A stretch of DNA of 64,000 bases from positions 333,381-397,380 of the forward strand of contig CAVSEP010000004.1 in assembly GCA_963726995.1 (NCBI GenBank), read 5' to 3'. The position numbers were made by a program, and so were the translations under genes. Within the stretch, counting starts at the first letter, position 1; the number at the start of each line of letters is the position of its first letter. Source of the DNA: an uncultured Pseudomonadota bacterium. Lineage in GTDB: Bacteria; Pseudomonadota; Gammaproteobacteria; Steroidobacterales; Steroidobacteraceae. Below the pieces are notes generated by a model that was not told the origin of the DNA, searched no databases, and saw only the letters and a list, made by a program, of their open reading frames with translations. Below, one piece after another: positions 35,584 to 44,189 of the stretch.

Positions 35584-35937
35584 ATGAATGCCATGGGTCT
35601 CCTCAAGACATCCGCGGTGCGCTGGCAGCGTCGCCTGTCGTCCACGGCGCTGTGCACCTACCAGGTCGGACAGCGCACGGTGCAACTGTTCCAGCTGGCC
35701 AATGGCCACATCCAGTGGGTGTGCAACTGCGACGACTATGCCGCCTCCGCCGGCTTCGCCCAGGGCGCCTGGTGCAAGCACGTGGCCAAGGCTTCCGCCA
35801 TCCGCTCCATCGAGAGGCTCACGGGGGCCCGCGTGGTGGGGCGCAGCCGCGCCGCTTCCGCCCCACTGTCCGCCGCGCCGGATGCCGCGCGGGCGCAACT
35901 CGACGAGCCCTCCGAAGGCCTGATTCAGCCGAGCTGA
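35584..35937 (+). CDS. SWIM-type zinc-finger protein
   Basis: CxCx(n)CxH signature: VCNCDDYAASAGFAQGAWCKHV. GGAGG lies about 8 nt upstream of the ATG. Confidence 0.6.
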   Translation: MNAMGLLKTSAVRWQRRLSSTALCTYQVGQRTVQLFQLANGHIQWVCNCDDYAASAGFAQGAWCKHVAKASAIRSIERLTGARVVGRSRAASAPLSAAPDAARAQLDEPSEGLIQPS

Positions 35938-35959
35938 CGCGAACGCGGATGCCGAGGCG

Positions 35960-36379
35960 ATGACCGACACCATTTTCGGCAAGATCATCGCGGGCCGTAT
36001 TCCCTGTCACAAGGTGTACGAGGATGCCCAGGTGCTTGCCTTCCTGGATATCGCCCCGCTGAGTCGGGGACACACCCTGGTCATTCCCAAGGAGGCTGCG
36101 GCCACCCTGGACCAGCTGTCGGATGAATCCGCGGCGGCACTGGGGCGGGTGCTGCCGCGCATCTGCCGGGCCGTGATCGCTGTCACCGGCGTGAGTGAAT
36201 ACAACGTGCTGGAAAACAACGGTGCGGGCGCGCATCAGGCCGTGCCGCATGTTCATTTCCATATCATCCCGAAGCCCGCCGTTGCGGGGGGGCTGGGCAT
36301 CCACTGGCCCTCAGGCGAGGTGGGGAGCGATGCCGCGCAACTGGCCAGTCTGCTGGCGCAGCATCTTCAGGGCGGCTGA
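35960..36379 (+). CDS. HIT-family (histidine triad) nucleotide hydrolase
   Basis: TIFGKIIAGRIPCHKVYEDAQVLAFLDI.P...GHTLVIPK and the histidine triad HVHFHIIP. Confidence 0.9.
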   Translation: MTDTIFGKIIAGRIPCHKVYEDAQVLAFLDIAPLSRGHTLVIPKEAAATLDQLSDESAAALGRVLPRICRAVIAVTGVSEYNVLENNGAGAHQAVPHVHFHIIPKPAVAGGLGIHWPSGEVGSDAAQLASLLAQHLQGG

Positions 36380-37365
36380 TCGTCGTGCGCGGCGCGCGGC
36401 GCGCGTCGCGCGGCAGCGCCGTAGTAGTTCGGATAGTCGGCCGTCAGGCCCTTGAAGCGCCGGTGTATCCACCAGTACTGCGGCGGATTGCGGCGCACTT
36501 CTGATTCCACGAAACGATTGAACTGTTCGGCATCCTCGATCGCCGACTCGCTCGGATAACCCGCCGGCGCCGGGTGGATGCTGACGCGGTAACCCGCGTT
36601 GCCGCTCAAGCGCTCGTGACCGACGAACAGCACCGCGGCGCCCGTCATGCTCGCCAGCCGTGAGGTGAACACGTTGGTGGCCGCCGGAATCCCGAAGAAC
36701 CGGATCATCTGCGCCCCCTTCTTCCGGTAGCTCTGGTCGGGTGCGTACCAGACGCACTCATTGTCACGCAGCGCCCGGACCATGCCCCGGACATTGTCGC
36801 GACTGAAGATGCGCAGTGCGTGGCGACCCCGATGCCGTTCGAAGAAGTGCGCCAGCAGTTCGTTCTTGGGCCGCTTGTGCATGGCATTGAGCGCCACCTG
36901 CGTGTTCAGCACCCGGGCGCCGATTTCCAGAGTCGTGAAATGCGCCGTGAGCAGGATCGCGCCGCGCCCCTGATCCAGGGCGTGCCGCAGGTGCTCCACG
37001 CCCACCACCTGCGCCAGGCGCGAGATCTGCTCATCCGTGCCCCACCAGGTCATGGCCGATTCGCAAAGCCCCATGCCTAAGGCTTCGAAATGTTCATCGA
37101 GTACCCGCTCGCGCTGCGCCGCGGTGAGCGCCGGCAGACACAGTTGCAGGTTGCAGCGCACCACCTGCGCATAGTGCAGCGGCAGGCGGCGCACCAGGCG
37201 GCCGATGGCGCGTCCCACGCCCAGCAGCAGGCGGTGGGGCAGCAGCTGGATCAGCCGCAGCAGGCCCAGTCCCAGCCACGTGGGCCAGTAGCGCGGTCCG
37301 AACAGTCGCCAAGGCAGACGGGCGCTGCGGACCGCCTGGTCCGTCGGCGCCGCCGGGACGTTCAC
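36367..37365 (-). CDS. lpxL: lipid A biosynthesis (Kdo)2-lipid IVA acyltransferase, LpxL/HtrB family
   Basis: FGPRYWPTWLGLGLLRLIQLLP N-terminal anchor, the HFTTLE (HX4E-type) motif and YAPDQS... The track start is 37416. A GTG at 37365 gives a GTGA overlap with the M16 gene stop. Confidence 0.75.
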   Translation of the reverse strand: MNVPAAPTDQAVRSARLPWRLFGPRYWPTWLGLGLLRLIQLLPHRLLLGVGRAIGRLVRRLPLHYAQVVRCNLQLCLPALTAAQRERVLDEHFEALGMGLCESAMTWWGTDEQISRLAQVVGVEHLRHALDQGRGAILLTAHFTTLEIGARVLNTQVALNAMHKRPKNELLAHFFERHRGRHALRIFSRDNVRGMVRALRDNECVWYAPDQSYRKKGAQMIRFFGIPAATNVFTSRLASMTGAAVLFVGHERLSGNAGYRVSIHPAPAGYPSESAIEDAEQFNRFVESEVRRNPPQYWWIHRRFKGLTADYPNYYGAAARRAPRAAHDDQPP

Positions 37366-40049
37366 GGGGGTGTCGGCCCCTGACTCACGCGCACGAAATC
37401 GCCGGGACGGATCCATTTCCTGAAGGCATCCTGCACATCCTGGGGCGTCAGTTCGATATAGCGGCGGGCGGCGATGCTGGGTTCATCCAGCGGCAGGCCC
37501 AGGTCATCCCGACTGATGATGCCGCGGGCGATCTCCGCGGTGCTCGCTTCCGAGAGGGGAATCTGGCGCAGCATCAGTGCCTTGGCCCGCAGCAGTTCCT
37601 CGGCGCCGACCGGCTGCTCCTGCAGGCCCTTCACATCCTGCAGGGCCATGGCCGCAGCCTTGGTGACGTTCTGCGGATCGCTGGCGAAGTCGATGAGGTA
37701 GATGCCGCGCGTGCGTCCGACCTGCAGATTCGAGCTGACCGAATACACCAGGCCCGCTTCCTTACGCAGATGGATGGACAGCCGTGAGGAATAGAATCCG
37801 CCGCCCAGCAGCGCGCTACCCATTTGCATGGCGTAGTAGTCCGGATTGCTGCGAGTCAGGGCGAGGTTCTGCGCCAGCAGCACCACGTCCTGCACGCGCG
37901 TCGCATCCGGAACGGCGACAGTCGCAGCGGCATTGGCCGGAACGGGCGGCAGGTCGGTGTCGGGCTTTGGACCTGTGGCCGACCAGGCGCCAAAATATTT
38001 CTCGATGGTGGCGCGGGCCTTCTGCGGCGTGATCCTGCCGATCACCACGATGGTGGTCAGGTCCGGCCTGAAGGTCTGGGCGTGGAAGGCGCGCACCTGA
38101 TCGATGCTGATGCCCTGGACGCTGGCCGGCGTGGTCTCGCGCAGGCTCGGGTCGGTCGCCGGGAACAGTGCGCTGCGCAGCGAGCGCTGCATGAGGTAGC
38201 CGGGGCTGCGGTTGCGTCCGGCCACTGCCTGCGCGAACTGCGGCCGCATGATCTCCAGCGCCTGCGCCGGCAGCGCCGGGTGCAGTTCATTGTCGGCCAG
38301 CAGTTCCACCGAGCGCTCGAAGCCGCTGGCGAGGGTGGCCGCGGAGAAGTCGGTGCCGGCGCGCGCTTCGGCGCCGATGGCATCCAGCGCGCTCTCGAAA
38401 CTCAGGCGGTCCAGATGCTGCGAACCATAGGTCAGCAATTCGCCCAGCAGATTGGAGACGCCTTCCTGGCCTTTCGGCGCCTGCACTTCGGGCCGATTGC
38501 GGATGTGGCCGAACACGGTCACCGTGTCGCTCACGTCCTCGGGCTGCACCATCAGGGTGAGTCCATTGGGCAGGTGACTGACCACCGGATGGGAGGTCAC
38601 GGCCGGCACGCTCAGACGGTTCACGGCCGCCTGCGCCCAGCTGGGCAGGGCCGTGGGCTTGGCTTCCCCGAGGGAAATATTCTCCTGGCCGCCGAAGCCG
38701 CTGCCGCCGCCGCTCACGGGTTTGCCCGAGCCCTTGGGCAGCATCACCGCCGTCACGGCCTGGTCGAGCTTCAGGTATTCACGCGCCACGCGGTTCACGT
38801 CCGCAACCGTGACCTTTTCGATTCGTGTGAGGTCCGCTTCGGGTGACTCCAGCCCGTACAGTGCCAGCGCGTCGGCCCAGACCGAGGCGAGGCCGGCGAT
38901 GGAGTTCTTCTGGAATTCCGTCTGGCGCCGCTCCTGCAGCTTTGCCGCCGCCACCAGTTCCGCCGGCACGCCCTCGCGGGCGACGCGCTCGAGAATGGCG
39001 CGCACCTGCTTTTCCAGTGCCTTGTGATCCGCGCCCGCCGGAAACGACACGGTCGCGAAGGCGAGCCCGGCATGGGGCAGGGGATCCACGGAGAACTCCG
39101 CGGCCAGAGCCTTGCCCTGCGGCACCAGTCCGTACAGGTCAAACCGCCGGCTCGCCAGCACGTCCGAGAGTACCTCTAGTGCCGGCGTGTCCGGACTGTC
39201 CAGGCCCGGAACCCGGAAGGCAATCATCTGTGTGCCCTCGGGCCGGTCCGTGTCGACGCTGAAGGAGGTCTCCTTCAGCGGCTGCAGGTTGACGGCTGGG
39301 CGCGCGGGCAGGGCCTTGCGGGGAATGGCGCCGAACAGCGACTTGACCTGGGTCAGGGTGGCGGCGGGCTCCACGTTGCCGACGATGATGAGCAGCGCAT
39401 TGTTCGGCGCATACCACTGGTCGTGGAAGTGCTTGAGCATCGCGGCCGTGGTCTTTTCAAAGGAGGGCCGGGTGCCCAGCGCATCGAAAGCATAGGGCGT
39501 GCCCTTGAAGGCGATGCCGCGCAGCTTGGAATACAGGATGTAGCCGGGCTCCGAGAGGTCCTGGGCGACCTCCTGCTCGATGGCGCCACGCTCGTGGTCC
39601 CATTCCGACTGGGCATCCGAGACCCCCTGCATGCGCAGGGACTCGATGTGCAGTGCCACGTCCAGATCTTCGGAAGGCACGGTGTACAGGTACTGGGTCA
39701 GGCTCTCACGGGTATTGGCGTTGAAGTCGCCGCCCATGATGCTGCCGATGTTCGCCAGCTGATCCGCGCTCAGGCCCGGGCTGCCGCGGAACATCATGTG
39801 TTCCTGCGCGTGCGCCGTGCCCGGAAAGCCGGCCGGGGTCTCCTCCGAGCCCACCATGTAGTTCACCGAGGTGGCCACCACCGGCGCCAGGGTATTGCGC
39901 ACGATGACAACCTTCAGGCCGTTGGCGAGGGTCGCGCGCAGGACATTTCCCGCGGGAGTGGCGGTCACGGTCTGGGCATGGCAGCTTTGCGCCAGCGCCG
40001 ATCCCAGCAGCAGCGTGGCCAGGATACGACGCACAGTCAGCAGGAACAT
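37362..40049 (-). CDS. secreted M16 (pitrilysin/insulinase) zinc peptidase, two fused M16 units (PqqL-like)
   Basis: Signal MFLLTVRRILATLLLGSALAQSCHA. Inverted zinc motif HxxEH (HAQEHMMFRG) in the first half, with a second non-catalytic M16 repeat. Confidence 0.9.
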   Translation of the reverse strand: MFLLTVRRILATLLLGSALAQSCHAQTVTATPAGNVLRATLANGLKVVIVRNTLAPVVATSVNYMVGSEETPAGFPGTAHAQEHMMFRGSPGLSADQLANIGSIMGGDFNANTRESLTQYLYTVPSEDLDVALHIESLRMQGVSDAQSEWDHERGAIEQEVAQDLSEPGYILYSKLRGIAFKGTPYAFDALGTRPSFEKTTAAMLKHFHDQWYAPNNALLIIVGNVEPAATLTQVKSLFGAIPRKALPARPAVNLQPLKETSFSVDTDRPEGTQMIAFRVPGLDSPDTPALEVLSDVLASRRFDLYGLVPQGKALAAEFSVDPLPHAGLAFATVSFPAGADHKALEKQVRAILERVAREGVPAELVAAAKLQERRQTEFQKNSIAGLASVWADALALYGLESPEADLTRIEKVTVADVNRVAREYLKLDQAVTAVMLPKGSGKPVSGGGSGFGGQENISLGEAKPTALPSWAQAAVNRLSVPAVTSHPVVSHLPNGLTLMVQPEDVSDTVTVFGHIRNRPEVQAPKGQEGVSNLLGELLTYGSQHLDRLSFESALDAIGAEARAGTDFSAATLASGFERSVELLADNELHPALPAQALEIMRPQFAQAVAGRNRSPGYLMQRSLRSALFPATDPSLRETTPASVQGISIDQVRAFHAQTFRPDLTTIVVIGRITPQKARATIEKYFGAWSATGPKPDTDLPPVPANAAATVAVPDATRVQDVVLLAQNLALTRSNPDYYAMQMGSALLGGGFYSSRLSIHLRKEAGLVYSVSSNLQVGRTRGIYLIDFASDPQNVTKAAAMALQDVKGLQEQPVGAEELLRAKALMLRQIPLSEASTAEIARGIISRDDLGLPLDEPSIAARRYIELTPQDVQDAFRKWIRPGDFVRVSQGPTPP

Positions 40050-40132
40050 GGGCAACCTCGGCACAACCATTTGGCTGTAAGGATACTCGTTGGCCCTCGG
40101 ACAAACCATGTGGGGTCGATTATCCTTGAGCC

Positions 40133-40567
40133 ATGAACAAGTGGGTCATCGTGCGAGTGGTGGTCGTGCTCCTGGCGGCGGTGCAGGGGGCACTGAGCGG
40201 CGACAACTGGCTGCCGGCGCGCCCGGTGACGGGACTGCTGCTGGTGGGCATGGTGGCGTACGGGGTGATCGCCGTTCCCGTCGTCGTGTGGGCGCAGCGG
40301 CTCAATCCGCGCAACACCCCGGTGTGGCACTTCCCGTCCTGGCGACGCAATCCGCTCACCCTGCGTGATCCCATGCAGTTCTTTCACATGGTGGGATTTG
40401 TATTCACCGCCGCGGGCCTGGGGGTCGCAGGCCACGCGCTCGCCATCGGCGAGCCGCCGCGCCTGCCCTATGGCGTGCTGCCGGCCTTCGGCGTGGGCAT
40501 GATCATCGGCTGCTATGTCGCGGCCCGGCTGTTCAAGAAGCAGCTGGATGCCGTGCGGGAGCCTTGA
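40133..40567 (+). CDS. four-TM membrane protein, unknown function
   Basis: Four hydrophobic helices. ATGA-type overlap with the downstream gene. Confidence 0.5.
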   Translation: MNKWVIVRVVVVLLAAVQGALSGDNWLPARPVTGLLLVGMVAYGVIAVPVVVWAQRLNPRNTPVWHFPSWRRNPLTLRDPMQFFHMVGFVFTAAGLGVAGHALAIGEPPRLPYGVLPAFGVGMIIGCYVAARLFKKQLDAVREP

Positions 40568-41922
40568 GCATGCCGCGGCATCGACTGGCCATCGCCGGCC
40601 TTTCAGTCACTCTCGGCCTGGCGCTGACGACGCTGGCGCAGGGCCAGGTCGGTACCGATCCTTTTTCGCAGGCCCCGCCGACGCGGCTGCCCTATGACAA
40701 GGAATATCCTGCCCTGCACTACGAGCGCGTGCCGACGCACAATGCCATCGCCCGTCTGCAGCAGCGCCTGGCGGCCGGGGAGCTCAAGCTCACCTACACG
40801 GCACCGCGCGGGTACCTGGATTCACTGCTGGCGGCGCTGGCCATCTCGCCCAGCTCCCAGGCCCTGGTGTATTCCAAGACCAGCCTGCAGACCGGATCCA
40901 TCAGCGCCGCCACGCCGCGGGCGCTGTATTTCGACGCCGACACCTACGTGGGCTACGTGCAGGGATCCGGAAACCTGGAGCTGGCTGCCATGGACAGCGA
41001 ACTGGGGCAGGTGTTCTATCTTTTGCCGAACCGGGAGTCCACGACTCCGGCGCTGCAGCGTCAGACGCTCACCTGCCTGGCCTGTCACGACACCTATGAA
41101 ATGTCGGGCGGCGGCGTACCGCGCTTCCTGCTGATGTCCTCCTACGTGAGCATCCGGGGCGATCAGCTCACTCACGAGGACAACATCCTGACCACGGATG
41201 AGACCCCCATCGAATCGCGCTGGGGTGGCTGGTATGTCACGGGCCAGACTGGCAAGCAGGTGCATGTCGGCAATATTCTGGTGAAGAGCGTGCAGGAACT
41301 GATGAAGCTCGAGAGCGTGCGCCGTGGAAACATCGACACGCTGGAGGGCCTGTTCGATACCGCGCCCTACCTGACGAACCAGAGCGATGTCGTGGCCCTG
41401 CTGGTGCTGCAGCATCAGGTGACGGTGCAGGATCTGATCACGCGTGCCAACTTCGAAGTGCGCCAGGCGCTGGCGCGGGTGAAGAACCGGCCGGGCGCGC
41501 TGTCGGCGAAGACGCGCAGCGCGCTGCAGGGCTATCTGGATGATCTGGCCAAAGCCATGCTGTTCGGCGACGCGGCACCCTACACCGATGCCATTCACGG
41601 CCATTCGGGATTCGATGCGTGGTTCCAGAGCCAGGGGATCCGCGATCCGGCCGGCCGCTCGCTGCGCGATCTTGACCTGCACTCAAGACTATTGCGCTAT
41701 CCGCTGAGCTACCTGGTGTACAGCAGCGCGTTCAGCGCGTTGCCCGATTACGCCCGCGACCAGCTGTTCGGTCGTTTCGCGGATGTCCTCGAAGGCCACG
41801 ATCACTCGGATACCTACGCCTTCATGAGTGCGGCGGACCGAGCCGACACGCTGCAGATCCTGACGGCGACGCTGCCGGCCTTCGCGAGCTACCGGGCGAG
41901 ACATCCGGATATGGCTCGATGA
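40564..41922 (+). CDS. secreted protein with a single CXXCH motif (putative c-type haem site)
   Basis: Signal LAIAGLSVTLGLALTTLAQG. One CLACH motif (LTCLACHDTYEM). No family name recognised. Confidence 0.55.
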   Translation: MSMPRHRLAIAGLSVTLGLALTTLAQGQVGTDPFSQAPPTRLPYDKEYPALHYERVPTHNAIARLQQRLAAGELKLTYTAPRGYLDSLLAALAISPSSQALVYSKTSLQTGSISAATPRALYFDADTYVGYVQGSGNLELAAMDSELGQVFYLLPNRESTTPALQRQTLTCLACHDTYEMSGGGVPRFLLMSSYVSIRGDQLTHEDNILTTDETPIESRWGGWYVTGQTGKQVHVGNILVKSVQELMKLESVRRGNIDTLEGLFDTAPYLTNQSDVVALLVLQHQVTVQDLITRANFEVRQALARVKNRPGALSAKTRSALQGYLDDLAKAMLFGDAAPYTDAIHGHSGFDAWFQSQGIRDPAGRSLRDLDLHSRLLRYPLSYLVYSSAFSALPDYARDQLFGRFADVLEGHDHSDTYAFMSAADRADTLQILTATLPAFASYRARHPDMAR

Positions 41923-43070
41923 GATTCGGGCCGCCGCGGGCGCTCATGCTCGCCGGCCTGGTGTTGCTCGCCGGCTGCCGGACCGCGCCGCAGGGGCCCG
42001 GCGCAGGTACCGCGCCGCCTCGCGTCGAGTACGTCGCGGCGCAGTGGTCGCAGCTGCCGGGCTGGCAGACGGATGCGCTGCTGGAAGCCTGGCCGGCCCT
42101 GCTGGCCAGCTGCCGCGTGCACACCCGCCCTGAATGGAATCAGGTCTGCGCCGCGGCAAGCGCGCTTGCGCCGATTTCCGAAAGCTCGGTCCGCGCCTTC
42201 TTCAGCGCGAACTTCCAACCCCTGGCGCTGCTTCGCAGCGGTAGCCGGTCCCGAAGCCGGCAGGTCACGGGCCTGCTGACCGGCTACTACGAGCCGCAGC
42301 TGCGCGGCTCACGGGCGCATCTGCCCGGATTCGATACGCCGCTGTATGCGAGCCCGGATGATCTGCTGACCGTGGATCTGGCCGCCGTCATTCCGGAGCT
42401 CAAGGGCCGCCGGGTGCGCGGACGGCTGGTGGGCAAGAGCGTGGTTCCCTATTTTCCGCGCGGCGAGCTTGCGAAGGATCCGGCGCTGCAGGGACGCGAG
42501 CTGGTCTGGGTGGAAAGCGCCCTGGATGCCTTCCTGCTGGAAGTGCAGGGTTCCGGGCGAATCCAGTTGGACGACGGCACGGTGATCCGCCTGGGTTACG
42601 CGGACCAGAACGGGCAACCCTATCGGTCGATCGGCCGCTACCTGGTGAACCAGGGAGCCCTGAGCCTCGAGCAGGCCGATATGTCGGGCATCCGGGCGTG
42701 GCTGGCGGCGCATCCGGAGCGCTTGCGCGAGGTGCTCGATGCCAATCCCAGCGTGGTGTTCTTCCAGGAACTGCCGCTGGGGGATGCGGCGCAGGGTCCC
42801 CGCGGCGCGCAGGGCGTGGCGCTGAGCGCGGGGCGGTCCATCGCGGTGGATCCGTCCTATGTGCCGCTGGGTACACCGGTATTCCTCGCCAGCGAGGATG
42901 CAACCCTGCAGCGCCTGGTCGTGGCGCAGGACACGGGCGGGGCGATCAGCGGCGCCCCACGTGCCGATCTGTTCTGCGGTACCGGCGATGAGGCGGGTCG
43001 GACGGCCGGGAACCTGCGGGCCCAGGCGAGGCTGTGGTTGCTGTGGCCGCGCGCCGTGCCACCCCCTTAG
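41919..43070 (+). CDS. mltA: membrane-bound lytic murein transglycosylase A
   Basis: Lipobox LLAGC. MltA-specific segments (LLTGYYEP, VPYFPRGEL, AFLLEVQGSGRIQLDDG, YRSIGRYLV) and the C-terminal 3D domain (QDTGGAISG..RADLF.G). Confidence 0.85.
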   Translation: MRFGPPRALMLAGLVLLAGCRTAPQGPGAGTAPPRVEYVAAQWSQLPGWQTDALLEAWPALLASCRVHTRPEWNQVCAAASALAPISESSVRAFFSANFQPLALLRSGSRSRSRQVTGLLTGYYEPQLRGSRAHLPGFDTPLYASPDDLLTVDLAAVIPELKGRRVRGRLVGKSVVPYFPRGELAKDPALQGRELVWVESALDAFLLEVQGSGRIQLDDGTVIRLGYADQNGQPYRSIGRYLVNQGALSLEQADMSGIRAWLAAHPERLREVLDANPSVVFFQELPLGDAAQGPRGAQGVALSAGRSIAVDPSYVPLGTPVFLASEDATLQRLVVAQDTGGAISGAPRADLFCGTGDEAGRTAGNLRAQARLWLLWPRAVPPP

Positions 43071-43079
43071 GCCAACGGC

Positions 43080-44099
43080 TCAGAACTCCAGGCAGATCTT
43101 GCCGAAGTGCTGGTTGGATTCCTGGTAGCGAAACGCATCCGCGAGCTCGCCCAGGGCGAAGCGCCGGTCAATCACGGGCCTGATGTCGGTGAGGTCCAGG
43201 TCATGCACCAGCTGCTGCTGTTGCGCGCGACTGCCCACGATCAGCCCCTGCAGCCGGATCTGCTTGCGCATCAGGGTGGCCGTGGGGACCTGACCGGCAT
43301 GTCCGGTCAGCGTGCCGATCAGTGAGATCTGGCCGCCGATGCGGCAGGCGGTGATGGACTGGGGCAGCGTGCCCGGACCTGCGAGTTCCAGGACCTGGTC
43401 GACGCCGCGCCCGTCGGTGAGCTTGAGCACCTCGGCGCCCCATTCCGGCAGCGAGCGATAGTTCAGCAAGTGATCGGCACCCAGCGCCTTCGCACGCGCC
43501 AGCTTCTGATCCGAGGAAGAGGTGAGGATGACCGAGGCGCCGATGGCCTTGGCCAGCTGCAGGCCGAAGATGGCGACTCCTCCCGTGCCCAGTATCAGCA
43601 CGGTGTCGCCGGCCTTGATGCCGCCATCGCCCACCAGCGCCCGCCACGCTGTCAGGCCCGCCGTCGTCAGGGTGGCGCTTTGCACCGCCGACCAGTTCCG
43701 TGGAGCCTTGGTGAACCAGGTTGCCGGCCGCACCACCCGTTCGCGGGCATAGCCGTCAACGCCATCGCCCGGGACGGTCGTGAAATCGCCGTTGACGGGC
43801 CGACCCGCCAGCCACTGCGGAAAGAAGGTGGAGACCACCGTGTCGCCGGGCGCGAATTCAGTCACTGCGGCGCCCACCGCTTCGACCACACCGGCGCCAT
43901 CGGCCATCGGGATGCGGTCCACGGTATGGGGCGCATCGAAGCGCGCCACGGCATAGTCGTGGAAATTCAGGGAACTGCCCTGCACCCGCACCTGGATTTC
44001 ACCGGCAACCGGCGCCGGCGGATCCGGCAGGTCGAGCAGCTTCAGGCGCTCAAGGCCACCGCTGGCGCCCAGTTTCATGGCTTTCATGCGCGCTAGCAT
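43080..44099 (-). CDS. zinc-type/MDR-family NAD(P)-dependent oxidoreductase
   Basis: GroES-like N-domain (PMADGAGVVEAVG) and a Rossmann GxGxxG (ILGTGGVAIFGLQLAK). The C-terminus ends ...GKICLEF. Confidence 0.85.
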   Translation of the reverse strand: MLARMKAMKLGASGGLERLKLLDLPDPPAPVAGEIQVRVQGSSLNFHDYAVARFDAPHTVDRIPMADGAGVVEAVGAAVTEFAPGDTVVSTFFPQWLAGRPVNGDFTTVPGDGVDGYARERVVRPATWFTKAPRNWSAVQSATLTTAGLTAWRALVGDGGIKAGDTVLILGTGGVAIFGLQLAKAIGASVILTSSSDQKLARAKALGADHLLNYRSLPEWGAEVLKLTDGRGVDQVLELAGPGTLPQSITACRIGGQISLIGTLTGHAGQVPTATLMRKQIRLQGLIVGSRAQQQQLVHDLDLTDIRPVIDRRFALGELADAFRYQESNQHFGKICLEF

Positions 44100-44189
44100 A
44101 GTCGGGTCGGCGCCAACGCGCTGCCCCCCCGTGAGTTATGCTTACGAGTCGTTGCCCAGGCCCCTTTTATTGCAGTCAACGCCCCAATC

